The translations under genes were made by a program, and so were the position numbers. A DNA stretch of 64,000 nucleotides from Synergistaceae bacterium. Its GTDB lineage: Bacteria > Synergistota > Synergistia > Synergistales > Aminobacteriaceae. The DNA is taken from positions 20,570 to 84,569 of the forward strand of contig JAFSWW010000080.1 in NCBI GenBank assembly GCA_017444345.1, read 5' to 3'. This document shows positions 1 through 9,247 of the stretch, piece after piece. The notes under the pieces are model-generated. The model was not told where the DNA came from and ran no database searches. It was given only the letters and a program-made list of their open reading frames with translations. Numbering within the stretch: position 1 is the first letter of the stretch; every line of letters starts with the position of its first letter.

Positions 1-123
1 AGCAAAAAATTTTTTATTTATTACACAGCGCATAATAAACTATTAATCTTTGCTATAATCTATCTGACTAACTTAATAACTAGAGAAATTATTTCACAAG
101 TTTATAATAAATATAATATAAAA

Positions 124-1059
124 TTGGGAGGCAAAAATTTTTACATCATGGAAGAAAAGAAGACCGTTGCAGCTGCCAGCCGTAAATGGGAAGTAGTTGT
201 ATTTACTCTCGGAAAAGATGCATTTGCTATAAACGTGAACAAGACCCGCGAAATTTTGAGATGGACAGGGTGCCGGCCCATACCGACAAAGACTCCGGCA
301 TTCATAGGAATTACTACGATAAGAGAAGCGACTCTCCCGTTAATTGACCTGCGTATATTTCTAGGAATAGACTCGCCCGTCCCTATTGAACAAACTAAAG
401 TAATGGTCGTTGAATTCAATGATATAAAATTAGGCTTTCTTGTTGACGGAGTAGAGAGAATTAGACAGGTGAACGCCGAAGATTTGGACTCGTCAAAGAT
501 GCGCGGAGTGTCTCTAAAATGGGTCTTGTATATAATTAAACGCGATGAGAGAAATATTTTATTGCTTGACTATGAAGCGATTATACAAGAGACTGCGCCG
601 GCCGTTGCTGAACACATGTTCGATCAAAATAAATTAAGCGTCTACCAGAAACAAATCGGCCACGTTGAAGATTTTCACATTCTTGTTGCTGATGACTCGC
701 CATTATTGAGGCAGCAGACGTGCGACGTGCTGAAACAATCAGGCTTTACGAGCATTTACCCAGTTAAAGACGGAGTCGAGGCTAGAAAATTATTACTTGA
801 TCAGGGCGAAAATTTTGACTTGTTAATTTCAGATATAGAGATGCCATTACTTGACGGATTGAGCTTAGTAGAGACTTTGAGGCAGGACGAGAGAGCGGCG
901 GATTTACCGGTTATATTATTCTCGTCAATCATGGTAAAAGATTTGCTTGACAGGGCCGAGTCGCTGAAGATTATTCACGTGTTAAAGCCGGACGTGTATA
1001 AACTCGTTGAAGAAGTCATGAAAATTTATCAGGATATAAAGCGGCACAGAAATTTTTAA
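124..1059 (+). CDS. cheV: CheV-type chemotaxis coupling protein (CheW-like domain fused to a response-regulator receiver)
   Basis: The N-terminal part looks CheW-like (WEVVVFTLGKDAFAINVNK...IGITTIREATLPLIDL). It is followed by a REC domain (HILVADDSPLL...LLISDIEMPLLDG...PVILFSS). The ATG at 148 is an alternative start. Confidence 0.8.
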   Translation: MGGKNFYIMEEKKTVAAASRKWEVVVFTLGKDAFAINVNKTREILRWTGCRPIPTKTPAFIGITTIREATLPLIDLRIFLGIDSPVPIEQTKVMVVEFNDIKLGFLVDGVERIRQVNAEDLDSSKMRGVSLKWVLYIIKRDERNILLLDYEAIIQETAPAVAEHMFDQNKLSVYQKQIGHVEDFHILVADDSPLLRQQTCDVLKQSGFTSIYPVKDGVEARKLLLDQGENFDLLISDIEMPLLDGLSLVETLRQDERAADLPVILFSSIMVKDLLDRAESLKIIHVLKPDVYKLVEEVMKIYQDIKRHRNF

Positions 1060-1064
1060 GGATT

Positions 1065-1091
1065 CCCCCTGAAATACAGGCACTCAGGGGG
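1065..1091. terminator. Hairpin between convergent genes (possible bidirectional terminator)
   Basis: ccccctga (1065-1072) pairs with tcaggggg (1084-1091), giving an 8-bp GC-rich stem in the 40-nt gap between cheV(+) and the 94-aa ORF(-). The U-tract is weak (gcgcgtttta). Confidence 0.5.
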
Positions 1092-1099
1092 AGCGCGTT

Positions 1100-1384
1100 T
1101 TATTGCAGGTCAAAATTTATTTGGAATGTCATAGAGTTCGAGCCGTCAGAAATGATTAAATTATCGCCCTGTCTTGAAAATGTGAGAGTCCCTCGTTCTG
1201 ATTGTGTTGACGTATCGCCGTTAAGATATTTTTGCGCATGAAACACGAAAAAATCCCGGTCTAGTAATCGCGCTGTGTTGCTTGTCTGATTGGCCATGAA
1301 ATTAAATACTCCCAGCATTAGAATCGAAAAAATTGCCATTGCCGTAATGAATTCTACTAGAGTTTCAGCTTTTAATTTACGCAA
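1100..1384 (-). CDS. Small pseudopilin-like protein with a degenerate class III (prepilin-type) signal
   Basis: The N-terminus is MRKLKAETLVEFITAMAIFSILMLGVF: a basic leader, Glu at the +5-like position (ETLVE), then about 20 hydrophobic residues. The canonical G|F is replaced by A|E. Confidence 0.4.
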   Translation of the reverse strand: MRKLKAETLVEFITAMAIFSILMLGVFNFMANQTSNTARLLDRDFFVFHAQKYLNGDTSTQSERGTLTFSRQGDNLIISDGSNSMTFQINFDLQ

Positions 1385-1390
1385 AATAAA

Positions 1391-2212
1391 TCACTCCCAT
1401 TTATATAATATATTCTCAAATAATAAGGCTCTTGGAAATTTGCCCGAGTCAAGAAATTCACGAGTAAATTTATATTCATGACTCAAATTTTTTAACGCGT
1501 TGACTTGAGAAATATTCCCAGCTTCTAAGATTATATAACGAGGCTTTAAATTATTTGCGAAAATTCTCCGGTAAAATTTCATTCCGTCAGTACCTCCGTC
1601 AAGTGCATTCAATGGCTCATAATCTTTCACACTTGAGTCAAGTTTTGCGATTTCTTGAGATTCTATATAGGGCGGGTTGCTGATTAATAGATTTATATTT
1701 TCATTAAAGCCGTCAAGAGAATTCACAAATTTTGCGCGGTGATTCAAATTATAACGCGAGATATTTTCACGGGCATAAAATAAAGCCTTCTCGCTAATAT
1801 CAATCATATAAGCAAACGAGTTAGCAAATTCAAGTAAAATAGTTAGGGCAATACACCCCGACCCGGTGCCGAAATCAAGAAATGAAAATTTTTCGTCAGG
1901 ATTAAAGCAAGATTTTGCGGCATTGATTAGTGATTCAGTGTCTTGACGGGGAATTAATACGCCGGGGCCGACTTTGAAATCACGCCCGTAAAAAGTTGAC
2001 TCGCCTAAAATATATTGCAACGGCTCACCGGACTCGCGTCGTGATATGAACGAGTCAATTTTTGAGAGTTCTTCACATGAAAAATTTTGACGGGTAAAAA
2101 TTTGCGAATGACTCATATTAAGAGCCGCCGACATAAGCCAAATAGACTCCTGATAAAAATTTGATATGCCAGCGGACTCTAATTTTTTCGCGAAATAATT
2201 AATAACTTGCAA
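1391..2212 (-). CDS. prmC: Release-factor glutamine N5-methyltransferase PrmC/HemK
   Basis: It has the SAM-binding motif FLDFGTGSGCIA and the NPPY catalytic motif (LISNPPYI). It lies immediately downstream of prfA. Confidence 0.85.
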   Translation of the reverse strand: MQVINYFAKKLESAGISNFYQESIWLMSAALNMSHSQIFTRQNFSCEELSKIDSFISRRESGEPLQYILGESTFYGRDFKVGPGVLIPRQDTESLINAAKSCFNPDEKFSFLDFGTGSGCIALTILLEFANSFAYMIDISEKALFYARENISRYNLNHRAKFVNSLDGFNENINLLISNPPYIESQEIAKLDSSVKDYEPLNALDGGTDGMKFYRRIFANNLKPRYIILEAGNISQVNALKNLSHEYKFTREFLDSGKFPRALLFENILYKWE

Positions 2213-2216
2213 GATT

Positions 2217-3296
2217 CTAGCCTTCTAAATCCTGCAATTTCTGAGTCTGTTCAGCGAGTAACATCGCGTCAATCATCTCGTATAAATCGCCGTCAAGATA
2301 TGACTCAAGTTTATAGAGAGTCAGATTTATTCTGTGATCCGTGATTCTATTTTGCGGAAAATTATAAGTCCTGACTCTTTCGCTCCTGTCGCCTGATCCT
2401 ATCATTCCGCGGCGTTCTGAGGCCATTTCTGAATTCTGTTTCTGCTGCTCCAAATCGTATAATTTAGTTTTCAAATATGACATTGCCCGTGCTCTGTTCT
2501 TAATTTGCGAGCGTTCATCCTGACAAGTTACGACAATACCCGTCGGAAGGTGCGTAATTCTCACTGCTGAGTCAGTCATATTAACATGCTGGCCGCCTGC
2601 ACCGCTGGATCTGTACGTGTCAATTTTCAAATCTTCCGGCCTGATTTCGACTTCTACGTCATCAGCTTCAGGCATAACAGCAACAGTTGCCGCGCTCGTG
2701 TGAATTCGTCCGCTTGCTTCAGTAACGGGGACTCGCTGGACTCTATGAACACCGGACTCGTATTTCATTTTGCTGTATGCGCCCTTGCTGTCGATTCTGA
2801 ATATAATTTCTTTATAGCCGCCGATTCCTGCTGTATTAGTCGAGCTGTCAATAATTTCAATTTTCCAGTGCTGACGTTCGCAAAATCTCACGTACATTCT
2901 GAATAAATCCGCAGCAAATAAAGTAGCTTCATCGCCGCCCGTTCCTGCTCTGATTTCGACAACTACGCTTTTTTCGTCATTAGGATCTTGAGGCAGTAAT
3001 AACAGAGTTAAATCTCGCGTAAAATTTTCGATTTTAGGTTCAAGATTTGCGAGTTCTTCACGCGCTAGAGTCTCAAGTTCTGAATCACCTGATTTGATTA
3101 ACTCTTTTGCTTCAGATATGGACTTCAAAGCGTCCTGATATTCACGATATTTATTTACAACCGGTTCGAGCTGGGCGCGTTTCTTGCCGAGTGTCTGCAA
3201 TTCTTTCGGGTTAGCTGCTATAGCCGGATCTGATAATTTATTGCCGACTTCTATATATTCCTGCTCGATAGCTTGTAATTTTGGCTCGATATTCAT
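2217..3296 (-). CDS. prfA: Peptide chain release factor 1
   Basis: It has the GGQ motif (RSSGAGGQHVNMTDSAVRITHLPTG) and RF1-type length and layout, and it sits next to prmC. Confidence 0.95.
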   Translation of the reverse strand: MNIEPKLQAIEQEYIEVGNKLSDPAIAANPKELQTLGKKRAQLEPVVNKYREYQDALKSISEAKELIKSGDSELETLAREELANLEPKIENFTRDLTLLLLPQDPNDEKSVVVEIRAGTGGDEATLFAADLFRMYVRFCERQHWKIEIIDSSTNTAGIGGYKEIIFRIDSKGAYSKMKYESGVHRVQRVPVTEASGRIHTSAATVAVMPEADDVEVEIRPEDLKIDTYRSSGAGGQHVNMTDSAVRITHLPTGIVVTCQDERSQIKNRARAMSYLKTKLYDLEQQKQNSEMASERRGMIGSGDRSERVRTYNFPQNRITDHRINLTLYKLESYLDGDLYEMIDAMLLAEQTQKLQDLEG

Positions 3297-3341
3297 TTAT
3301 TACACCACTTTTCTATTTATAGATTATAGATTTATTATATT

Positions 3342-3507
3342 TGCAAAAATTTTTTAATGCGTGAAATCCCTGACACGTTATTATCCGGCCAAGTGCAAAA
3401 ATTTTCATGATAACGGCTTTAATAACGTTCGCAAATTTCAGGGCTATATTTATTAAATATCTGCAAAAAGTTTTTACTGTGTGAAATCCCCCGCATGTAA
3501 ATATTAT
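3342..3507. repeat. Locally duplicated intergenic unit of about 45 nt
   Basis: tgcaaaaattttttaatgcgtgaaatccctgacacg (from 3342) recurs as tgcaaaaagtttttactgtgtgaaatcccccgcatg (from 3462). The internal peptide repeat of the 67-aa ORF 3313..3516 is a by-product of this duplication. Confidence 0.5.
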
Positions 3508-3512
3508 TAACT

Positions 3513-4532
3513 TCATGACAACAGCCCCCCGTCAAGTGCAGTATCAAGTGAAATTAACGCGACTTCAGCTTGATTTATATTAGGCTCTCTTGTCGTCAAA
3601 AATTGCAGAGTCAAAAACGGTGCTATAATGCATAATCCAAGTTTGCCCGAATTTGCCGCGAGTCTTATAATCTCGTATGAAATCCCTATTACAACAGGAA
3701 TTAATATAATACGCGCTAGAACTTGCAAAATAAAACTTTCTCCGGCTATAAAAGTTTTTACAGGCGAGAAAACTATAATGCTTACTATCACGGCAATCAA
3801 TAAAAACGAAGTCCCGCACCTCGGGTGAATTCGTGAACACTTCATAATATTTTCCGGAGTCATTTCTTGGCCGCTCTCGAATGCGTTAATAGTCTTATGT
3901 TCTGCACCGTGATATTTAAAGACTTCCCGAATATCTGACCAGAGTCCTATAATCGCTACATATGCAATAAATATTACTGCTCGCAAAACGCCTTCTATTA
4001 TGTTCACGTAAAGGGGAGTACTCGCAAGATAACCGGCCAGCCATAAAGGAAGCGCAATAAACAGCCCTCCGACTGCGAAAACAGCAAGCGCAATCGACAA
4101 TAAAATATCTTTGAAAGTCAATTTTTCCTGAGTCTCTTCAAGTGCAACTTCTGCCGAACGTGATAGAGCCTTAAATCCTGTCGCTAACATTTCGCACATT
4201 GTAACGACTCCGCGAATTAACGGCAATTTATACGGGTATCTTTGAGTGCGTGAACTATGCGGCCAATTTTCTTTGAATATATCGCCGCCCGGCTTTCTTA
4301 CTGCGAGTCCCCATAAATTTTGCCCCTTCATTAAGACTCCTTCAATAACTGCCTGACCTCCGACGGGGATTTTCTTAATATTTGACTCGGCCTCTAAAAT
4401 AAATAAATTAATCGCTATAACAAATAATAAATTGCTAAACAAGTAATAAATCCTCCATATTTTTATAGGGCTGATTGCATGAGCGTGTCTCTTCACATTT
4501 ACCGAATATACACGAGGGGCCGGCCTTCTCAA
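3513..4532 (-). CDS. DUF1385 family membrane protein (YqhQ-like)
   Basis: It contains GGQAVIEGVLMKG and KYHGAEHKTIN signatures with several TM segments, and this family is typically linked to prfA/prmC. The annotated ATG overlaps thyX by 98 nt, so the true start is uncertain. Confidence 0.75.
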   Translation of the reverse strand: MRRPAPRVYSVNVKRHAHAISPIKIWRIYYLFSNLLFVIAINLFILEAESNIKKIPVGGQAVIEGVLMKGQNLWGLAVRKPGGDIFKENWPHSSRTQRYPYKLPLIRGVVTMCEMLATGFKALSRSAEVALEETQEKLTFKDILLSIALAVFAVGGLFIALPLWLAGYLASTPLYVNIIEGVLRAVIFIAYVAIIGLWSDIREVFKYHGAEHKTINAFESGQEMTPENIMKCSRIHPRCGTSFLLIAVIVSIIVFSPVKTFIAGESFILQVLARIILIPVVIGISYEIIRLAANSGKLGLCIIAPFLTLQFLTTREPNINQAEVALISLDTALDGGLLS

Positions 4533-5124
4533 ATAAAACCGGTGCTTTCTCTCTCACAAGTATTAACATTTTCCGTGCGAGTTCGTGAATCTCCCATTGT
4601 GCGCGTCTGCAAAGTCTCAAGCTGAAAAAATGATGTAATTCGCGCGCGTTCATAGTCATTACTAGTCTCGTAGAATGTCCATGAGGCAAAATAAATCTTG
4701 CGTCTTCCTTTGAGATTCCCATTTCCGTCAAAATTTGATAAGTTTTCTGCGCTGACTCGGCCTGTTCCATGAAAATTTTTAATGCTTCCGGGTTCTCTTG
4801 AATTGAAGGCGGAATAATTATAGAGTCCTGTGATAAATTCATTTTTACGTAGCGTTGACTTTGCTGGCTGAAACTTGCGACTCTGTGTCTCACTAACTGA
4901 TGAGAAGCGACTCGGCTTAATCCGTCGATTCCAAACGTAAAATTAACGTGCTCAAATGTCGATAAATGCCCGCTCTTGAATAAATCAGCAATTAATTTGC
5001 GTGATAAATTTTCTTCCTGAGCCTGCAATAAATTACTTGCTGTTGTGTCGCTATAACAAATCTTAGCGGCTGCTGCAACAATTTGATCGGGTTCGGGAGT
5101 ATGAGCTAATAGAATTACATTCAT
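4435..5124 (-). CDS. thyX: FAD-dependent thymidylate synthase ThyX
   Basis: It has the ThyX motif RHRxxSxxxxSQRY (RHRVASFSQQSQRY). Confidence 0.9.
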   Translation of the reverse strand: MNVILLAHTPEPDQIVAAAAKICYSDTTASNLLQAQEENLSRKLIADLFKSGHLSTFEHVNFTFGIDGLSRVASHQLVRHRVASFSQQSQRYVKMNLSQDSIIIPPSIQENPEALKIFMEQAESAQKTYQILTEMGISKEDARFILPHGHSTRLVMTMNARELHHFFSLRLCRRAQWEIHELARKMLILVREKAPVLFEKAGPSCIFGKCEETRSCNQPYKNMEDLLLV

Positions 5125-5142
5125 GATTTATTAATCAAGATA

Positions 5143-5171
5143 ATAAAAAAAGGGGCTTGAATTTTGCCCCT
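5143..5171 (-). terminator. Rho-independent terminator downstream of rpmE
   Basis: On the minus strand, aggggc-aaaattcaa-gcccct is followed by ttttttt. On the plus strand this is aaaaaaa at 5144-5150, aggggc at 5151-5156 and gcccct at 5166-5171. Confidence 0.7.
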
Positions 5172-5185
5172 GGAACGACAAAATA

Positions 5186-5413
5186 TTATACGTCTGTTTT
5201 CTGGCCGTAATTGATTCCCTGATATTTTTTCTGGAATTTCTCAAGGCGGCCTGCTTCAGTCAAAACTCTGCCCTTCTTGCCTGAATAAAACGGGTGGCAA
5301 GCTGAACATACGCCGACTCTAATTTCCTTCATTGTTGAACGAGTCATGAAAGTATTTCCGCACGCACATGTAACTTTGCATTCCTGATAGTCAGGATGTA
5401 TTTTTTCCTTCAT
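5186..5413 (-). CDS. rpmE: 50S ribosomal protein L31
   Basis: It begins MKEKIHPDY and carries the Zn-ribbon Cys pairs (CACGNTF...CSACHPFY). Confidence 0.9.
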   Translation of the reverse strand: MKEKIHPDYQECKVTCACGNTFMTRSTMKEIRVGVCSACHPFYSGKKGRVLTEAGRLEKFQKKYQGINYGQKTDV

Positions 5414-5445
5414 AGTAAATAATTCCTCCGGGTAAAGATAAAATA

Positions 5446-5712
5446 TTAATGTCTGAGTCCAAGACGCTCAATTAACGAACGGTAGCGGTTAAAATCTTTA
5501 TTCATGAGATAACGTAATAATCTCCTGCGGCTGCCGACCATCTTTAAGAGTCCCCGTCTTGAGTGAAAATCTTTCTTGTGAATCTTCAAATGCTCGGTGA
5601 GTTCGCGGATTCGTTCTGTCAAAATAGCGACCTGAACTTCGGGAGATCCCGTGTCTTTCTCGTGAGTCTTGTACTCTTCAATTACTGACTGTTTCTTTTC
5701 CTTCTGGATCAT
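5446..5712 (-). CDS. rpsO: 30S ribosomal protein S15
   Basis: It contains [50 protein letters not shown] prefer the internal Met (MIQKEKK) at 5712, which gives an 88-aa protein close to the typical ~89 aa. Confidence 0.9.
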   Translation of the reverse strand: MIQKEKKQSVIEEYKTHEKDTGSPEVQVAILTERIRELTEHLKIHKKDFHSRRGLLKMVGSRRRLLRYLMNKDFNRYRSLIERLGLRH

Positions 5713-5836
5713 GAAAATTTTTCCTCCTGATTTAATCTTCAAAGCTGGGAATAAAGCTCAATCCAGTAAGCAATATTCTAAGCAGTGAGTATAAGCAGAA
5801 AATATATTAACACTCTGATAAAAATTTTGCACCTGT

Positions 5837-5961
5837 TATGACAGCGAATTATAAAATTTTTCTTGATTTAGCAGCTTATAGAATCACTCACAATCTATGT
5901 ATTATAATTTCTCGTAACTTGCAAATATATTAACTATGACAGCGAATTATAAAATTTTTCT
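5837..5961. repeat. Exact 27-nt direct repeat (two copies) in the rpsO / rpiB-upp intergenic region
   Basis: tatgacagcgaattataaaatttttct occurs at 5837-5863 and again at 5935-5961. Confidence 0.8.
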
Positions 5962-6113
5962 CGTTTGCTATTGTATAGAAATCCACCGCGCAAAGTGAAT
6001 AAAGCTCATGAAAATTTTTTCTCACACAAAATAAATAAAATCTGGCAGATTAATATAAAAGTGTTGCTATAATATAGAAAATTTCTCAACTTACAAAAAA
6101 GGAGTTAAACAAC

Positions 6114-7208
6114 ATGAAAATTGCACTCGGTTGCGATCACGCAGGATATGTCTTAAAAGATGCAGTTGTGAAATTCTTAGAGTCCCATAATCTTGAATTT
6201 CTTGACATGGGAGCTTATGAATACAATAAAGATGACGACTACGCAGACCCGGCTTTTAAAGTTGCCGGCACAATTTTAGACGAGGAAGCTGACGAGGGGA
6301 TTTTAATGTGCGGAACAGGTTTCGGAATCTCAATCGCAGCAAATAAAGTTCCCGGAATTCGTGCCGTTGCCTGTCATACTGTGAACGACGCAAGAATGGC
6401 CAAAGCTCATAATAATATAAATATTATCGCACTGGGCGGAAGTGTCATAAAGCCTGAAGATGTCGACCCGATTCTGCAAATGTGGCTTGATACTCAATTC
6501 GAGGGCGGGCGGCATATACGCAGGATTAATAAAATCGCTAAGGCTGAGAAGGCGACTTTAACAATGATGCATCAGGGCGGCGGGAAAGTCGTTATATTCA
6601 ATCACCCGTTAGTACAGCATAAAGTCGGAATAATCAGGGACGTTAATACGAGCGTCAAGCAATTTAGAGAATTACTCAACGAAATAACCGGCTTGATGGT
6701 CTATGAAATCACACGAAATTTGCCGCTGACTGATAAAGAAGTTACTACACCTATAGCAAAAACTACAGTTCAGACTCTTGAAGGGAAAAAACTCGCGATT
6801 GTCCCAGTTTTGAGAGCAGGACTCGGAATGGTCGACGGAGTTTTACAGCTCGTGCCAAATGCTAAAGTCGGTCATATAGGATTATATAGAGATCCTCAAA
6901 CACTTGAGCCTGTAGAATATTACTGCAAACTGCCATTTGACATTGAAGAACGAGAAATATTTGTACTTGATCCCATGCTTGCAACTGGCGGGAGTTCAAG
7001 CGCGGCTATCTCGTTAATCAAGAAAAGGGGAGGCCGTAAAATTTCGCTCGTCTGCTTAATCGGTGCGCCTGAAGGAATTGACAGAATCAATAAAGATCAT
7101 CCGGACGTGTCAATTTTTATTGCTGCATTAGATACAAATTTGAACGATCACGGCTACATAGTGCCCGGACTCGGGGATGCCGGCGATAGATTATTCGGGA
7201 CAAAATAA
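6114..7208 (+). CDS. Fusion protein: ribose-5-phosphate isomerase B (N-terminal) plus uracil phosphoribosyltransferase (C-terminal)
   Basis: Residues 1 to about 150 look like RpiB/LacAB ([12 protein letters not shown]..., catalytic region [16 protein letters not shown]). From about residue 165 to 364 it looks like Upp ([14 protein letters not shown]..., PRPP loop [13 protein letters not shown]-terminal [16 protein letters not shown]). The frame is uninterrupted. Confidence 0.85.
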   Translation: MKIALGCDHAGYVLKDAVVKFLESHNLEFLDMGAYEYNKDDDYADPAFKVAGTILDEEADEGILMCGTGFGISIAANKVPGIRAVACHTVNDARMAKAHNNINIIALGGSVIKPEDVDPILQMWLDTQFEGGRHIRRINKIAKAEKATLTMMHQGGGKVVIFNHPLVQHKVGIIRDVNTSVKQFRELLNEITGLMVYEITRNLPLTDKEVTTPIAKTTVQTLEGKKLAIVPVLRAGLGMVDGVLQLVPNAKVGHIGLYRDPQTLEPVEYYCKLPFDIEEREIFVLDPMLATGGSSSAAISLIKKRGGRKISLVCLIGAPEGIDRINKDHPDVSIFIAALDTNLNDHGYIVPGLGDAGDRLFGTK

Positions 7209-8100
7209 ATTGCCAGATATAGACGTTGAAGCATTAATTTTCCTGATAATCGGCTTTTTCTGGGGGGGCTTTACTGCTCCTATTTCGATAAAGCTGGCAG
7301 GAATCTTCGGAATTATTGACATTCCGGACGCTCGAAAGATTCATAAAGGCAAAATGCCTCGCGGTGCAGGTCTTGGCCTATGGGTCGGGTATTTGCTCAT
7401 GTCAGTTATTATGTCTGAGTCAATGCCCGAATTAAGATTTATTGCGACCGGAGCGACTATTATATTTTTCTGCGGTTATCTTGATGATATGTGTTCGCTA
7501 AGTCCATTTTTGAGACTCGGCCTGCATTTCATAGCTGCTTCAATTGTAGTTTTTCCGCTGGGACTGCCTATAACTCACACGATAATAGCTCTAATTTGGC
7601 TCGCTGGAGTAACAAGCGCATATAATTTAATTGACGGTATGAACGGATTATGTATCTCAATGTTTATAGCGTCTTCAGGAGCTTTATATATTCTCGGCAA
7701 ATCTTACGCGGGAATTTGTATGGGAGCTATGGCACTGGGAGTCTTATGCTGGAACTTCCCTGCGGCACAAACTTTTTTAGGCGATGGAGGCAGCACCCTT
7801 TTAGGATATTTATTTGCGTCTCATTTCCTGAAAAACGCGATGCCGAATTTAACTAATGCGAGATGCCTAGATATATTATTATTATTAATTTTATTCGGAG
7901 GGATTCCAGTAATTGACACGGTTATAGCATTCTCGCGGCGTATTCTTTCGGGCAAGTCGCCATTTTACCCGGACAAGAAACATTTACATCACATTTTGAT
8001 TTCGCTGACAGGTTCAAATGTCGTTACAGTCAGTATATTATTAATTCTTCAAGTTCTGACTTTGGCGGCGGGACTAAGCGTTTATTTTAGGCTGCTATGA
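7177..8100 (+). CDS. MraY/WecA-family (GT4) undecaprenyl-phosphate sugar-1-phosphate transferase (TagO/WecA-like)
   Basis: It is polytopic and carries the motifs [11 protein letters not shown] and NLIDGMNGL. It overlaps the upstream gene by 32 nt. Confidence 0.75.
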   Translation: MPAIDYSGQNKLPDIDVEALIFLIIGFFWGGFTAPISIKLAGIFGIIDIPDARKIHKGKMPRGAGLGLWVGYLLMSVIMSESMPELRFIATGATIIFFCGYLDDMCSLSPFLRLGLHFIAASIVVFPLGLPITHTIIALIWLAGVTSAYNLIDGMNGLCISMFIASSGALYILGKSYAGICMGAMALGVLCWNFPAAQTFLGDGGSTLLGYLFASHFLKNAMPNLTNARCLDILLLLILFGGIPVIDTVIAFSRRILSGKSPFYPDKKHLHHILISLTGSNVVTVSILLILQVLTLAAGLSVYFRLL

Positions 8101-9233
8101 TGATAAAGAAAATTATTTGCGTAATAGGCACAAGACCAGAGGCTATAAAAATGGCTCCCGTTATTCAGGAATTGAAGGCGGATAAAAATTTTTGCGTGAA
8201 GACTCTTGCGACTGGTCAGCATACTGACATGTTAAGGCAGGCACTTGACGATTTTGATATTAAGTCAGACTACGATTTAAACATTATGAAGGCTCGTCAA
8301 TCACTTGATTATATTACTTCGAGCGTATTAACAGGTGTCGGCGAAATTCTTGACTCTGACTCTCAAGATATGATTTTAGTACACGGCGATACTTCAACAA
8401 CTTTTGCGGCGGCTTTGGCTGGCTTTAATCGTCATATATCAGTCGGACATGTTGAGGCGGGACTCAGAAGCCATGATTTAAATCTGCCATTTCCTGAAGA
8501 AGCAAACAGGGTATTAACTGACAGAATAGCGAGTTTATTTTTTGCACCTACACAGGGCGATTATGATAATTTAATAAATGAAGGAATCTCACGCGATAAA
8601 ATTTTTATAACCGGCAATACTGTAATTGACGCGCTTTATAAGATTCTAGCAAAACAAGTGAATCAGCCTTCATACTTGCAAAATATAAATAATCGTCCGT
8701 TAATCCTAATGACAGCACACAGGCGCGAATCATGGGGGGAGACTCTCAAGGGCATTTGCGCGGGAGTAATTGATATTATTCTTGCAAGACCTGATGTAAT
8801 TTTCTTGATTCCCTTGCATAAAAATCCGGTTGTGCGTGAAGTTATTAGAGATTGCTTGAAAGATTACCAGCAAAATATAATATTTACTGAGCCGCTAAAT
8901 TATCCCGAATTCGTTAATGCAATGAATAAAAGCACGTTCATTTTATCAGACAGCGGAGGAGTCCAAGAAGAAGCAAGCGCAATTAATAAACCTGTCTTAA
9001 TAATGCGTACTTTGTCAGAACGTCCGGAGGCAGTGAATCACGGAACTTGTATATTAGTCGGCACAAAAAGGGACTCTATACGCGATGAGTCATTAAAATT
9101 ATTGAATGATTCGGAGTATATGCGGCAAATTCTAGCAAAAAATATAATGCCGTTCGGAAATGGTACAGCCTCGCAAAAGATTCACGGGGCAATTAATAAA
9201 TATTTTGCTATGAAGGAGGCTGATTTGACATAG
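8097..9233 (+). CDS. wecB: UDP-N-acetylglucosamine 2-epimerase (non-hydrolysing)
   Basis: It contains VIGTRPEAIKMAPV, VHGDTSTTFAAALA, HVEAGLRS and SDSGGVQEEA. Confidence 0.9.
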   Translation: MMIKKIICVIGTRPEAIKMAPVIQELKADKNFCVKTLATGQHTDMLRQALDDFDIKSDYDLNIMKARQSLDYITSSVLTGVGEILDSDSQDMILVHGDTSTTFAAALAGFNRHISVGHVEAGLRSHDLNLPFPEEANRVLTDRIASLFFAPTQGDYDNLINEGISRDKIFITGNTVIDALYKILAKQVNQPSYLQNINNRPLILMTAHRRESWGETLKGICAGVIDIILARPDVIFLIPLHKNPVVREVIRDCLKDYQQNIIFTEPLNYPEFVNAMNKSTFILSDSGGVQEEASAINKPVLIMRTLSERPEAVNHGTCILVGTKRDSIRDESLKLLNDSEYMRQILAKNIMPFGNGTASQKIHGAINKYFAMKEADLT

Positions 9234-9247
9234 AAAATTTAAATGTT

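Noticed and set aside
141-419. Many 60-190-aa ORFs lie antisense to or nested within long genes. Examples are 141..419, 2586..2906, 9391..9669, 16003..16419, 33539..33847, 51518..52084, 56018..56500, 58459..58836 and 62565..62816.
   Set aside because: They lie entirely inside well-supported genes on the opposite strand or in another frame. They have low-complexity, compositionally odd translations, no RBS and no family signatures. I treat them as shadow ORFs.
2217-3296. A programmed +1 frameshift of the prfB type in the release-factor gene.
   Set aside because: The gene is prfA-like and reads as one uninterrupted 359-aa frame. No internal in-frame UGA/SD frameshift cassette is present.
4435-4532. 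The 98-nt overlap between the DUF1385 gene and thyX as a functional overlap or frameshift site.
   Set aside because: It is most likely a start-codon call issue. The conserved DUF1385 core (GGQAVIEG) begins well downstream. I found no ATG/GTG/TTG between the thyX stop and the core, so the true start remains uncertain, but nothing suggests recoding.
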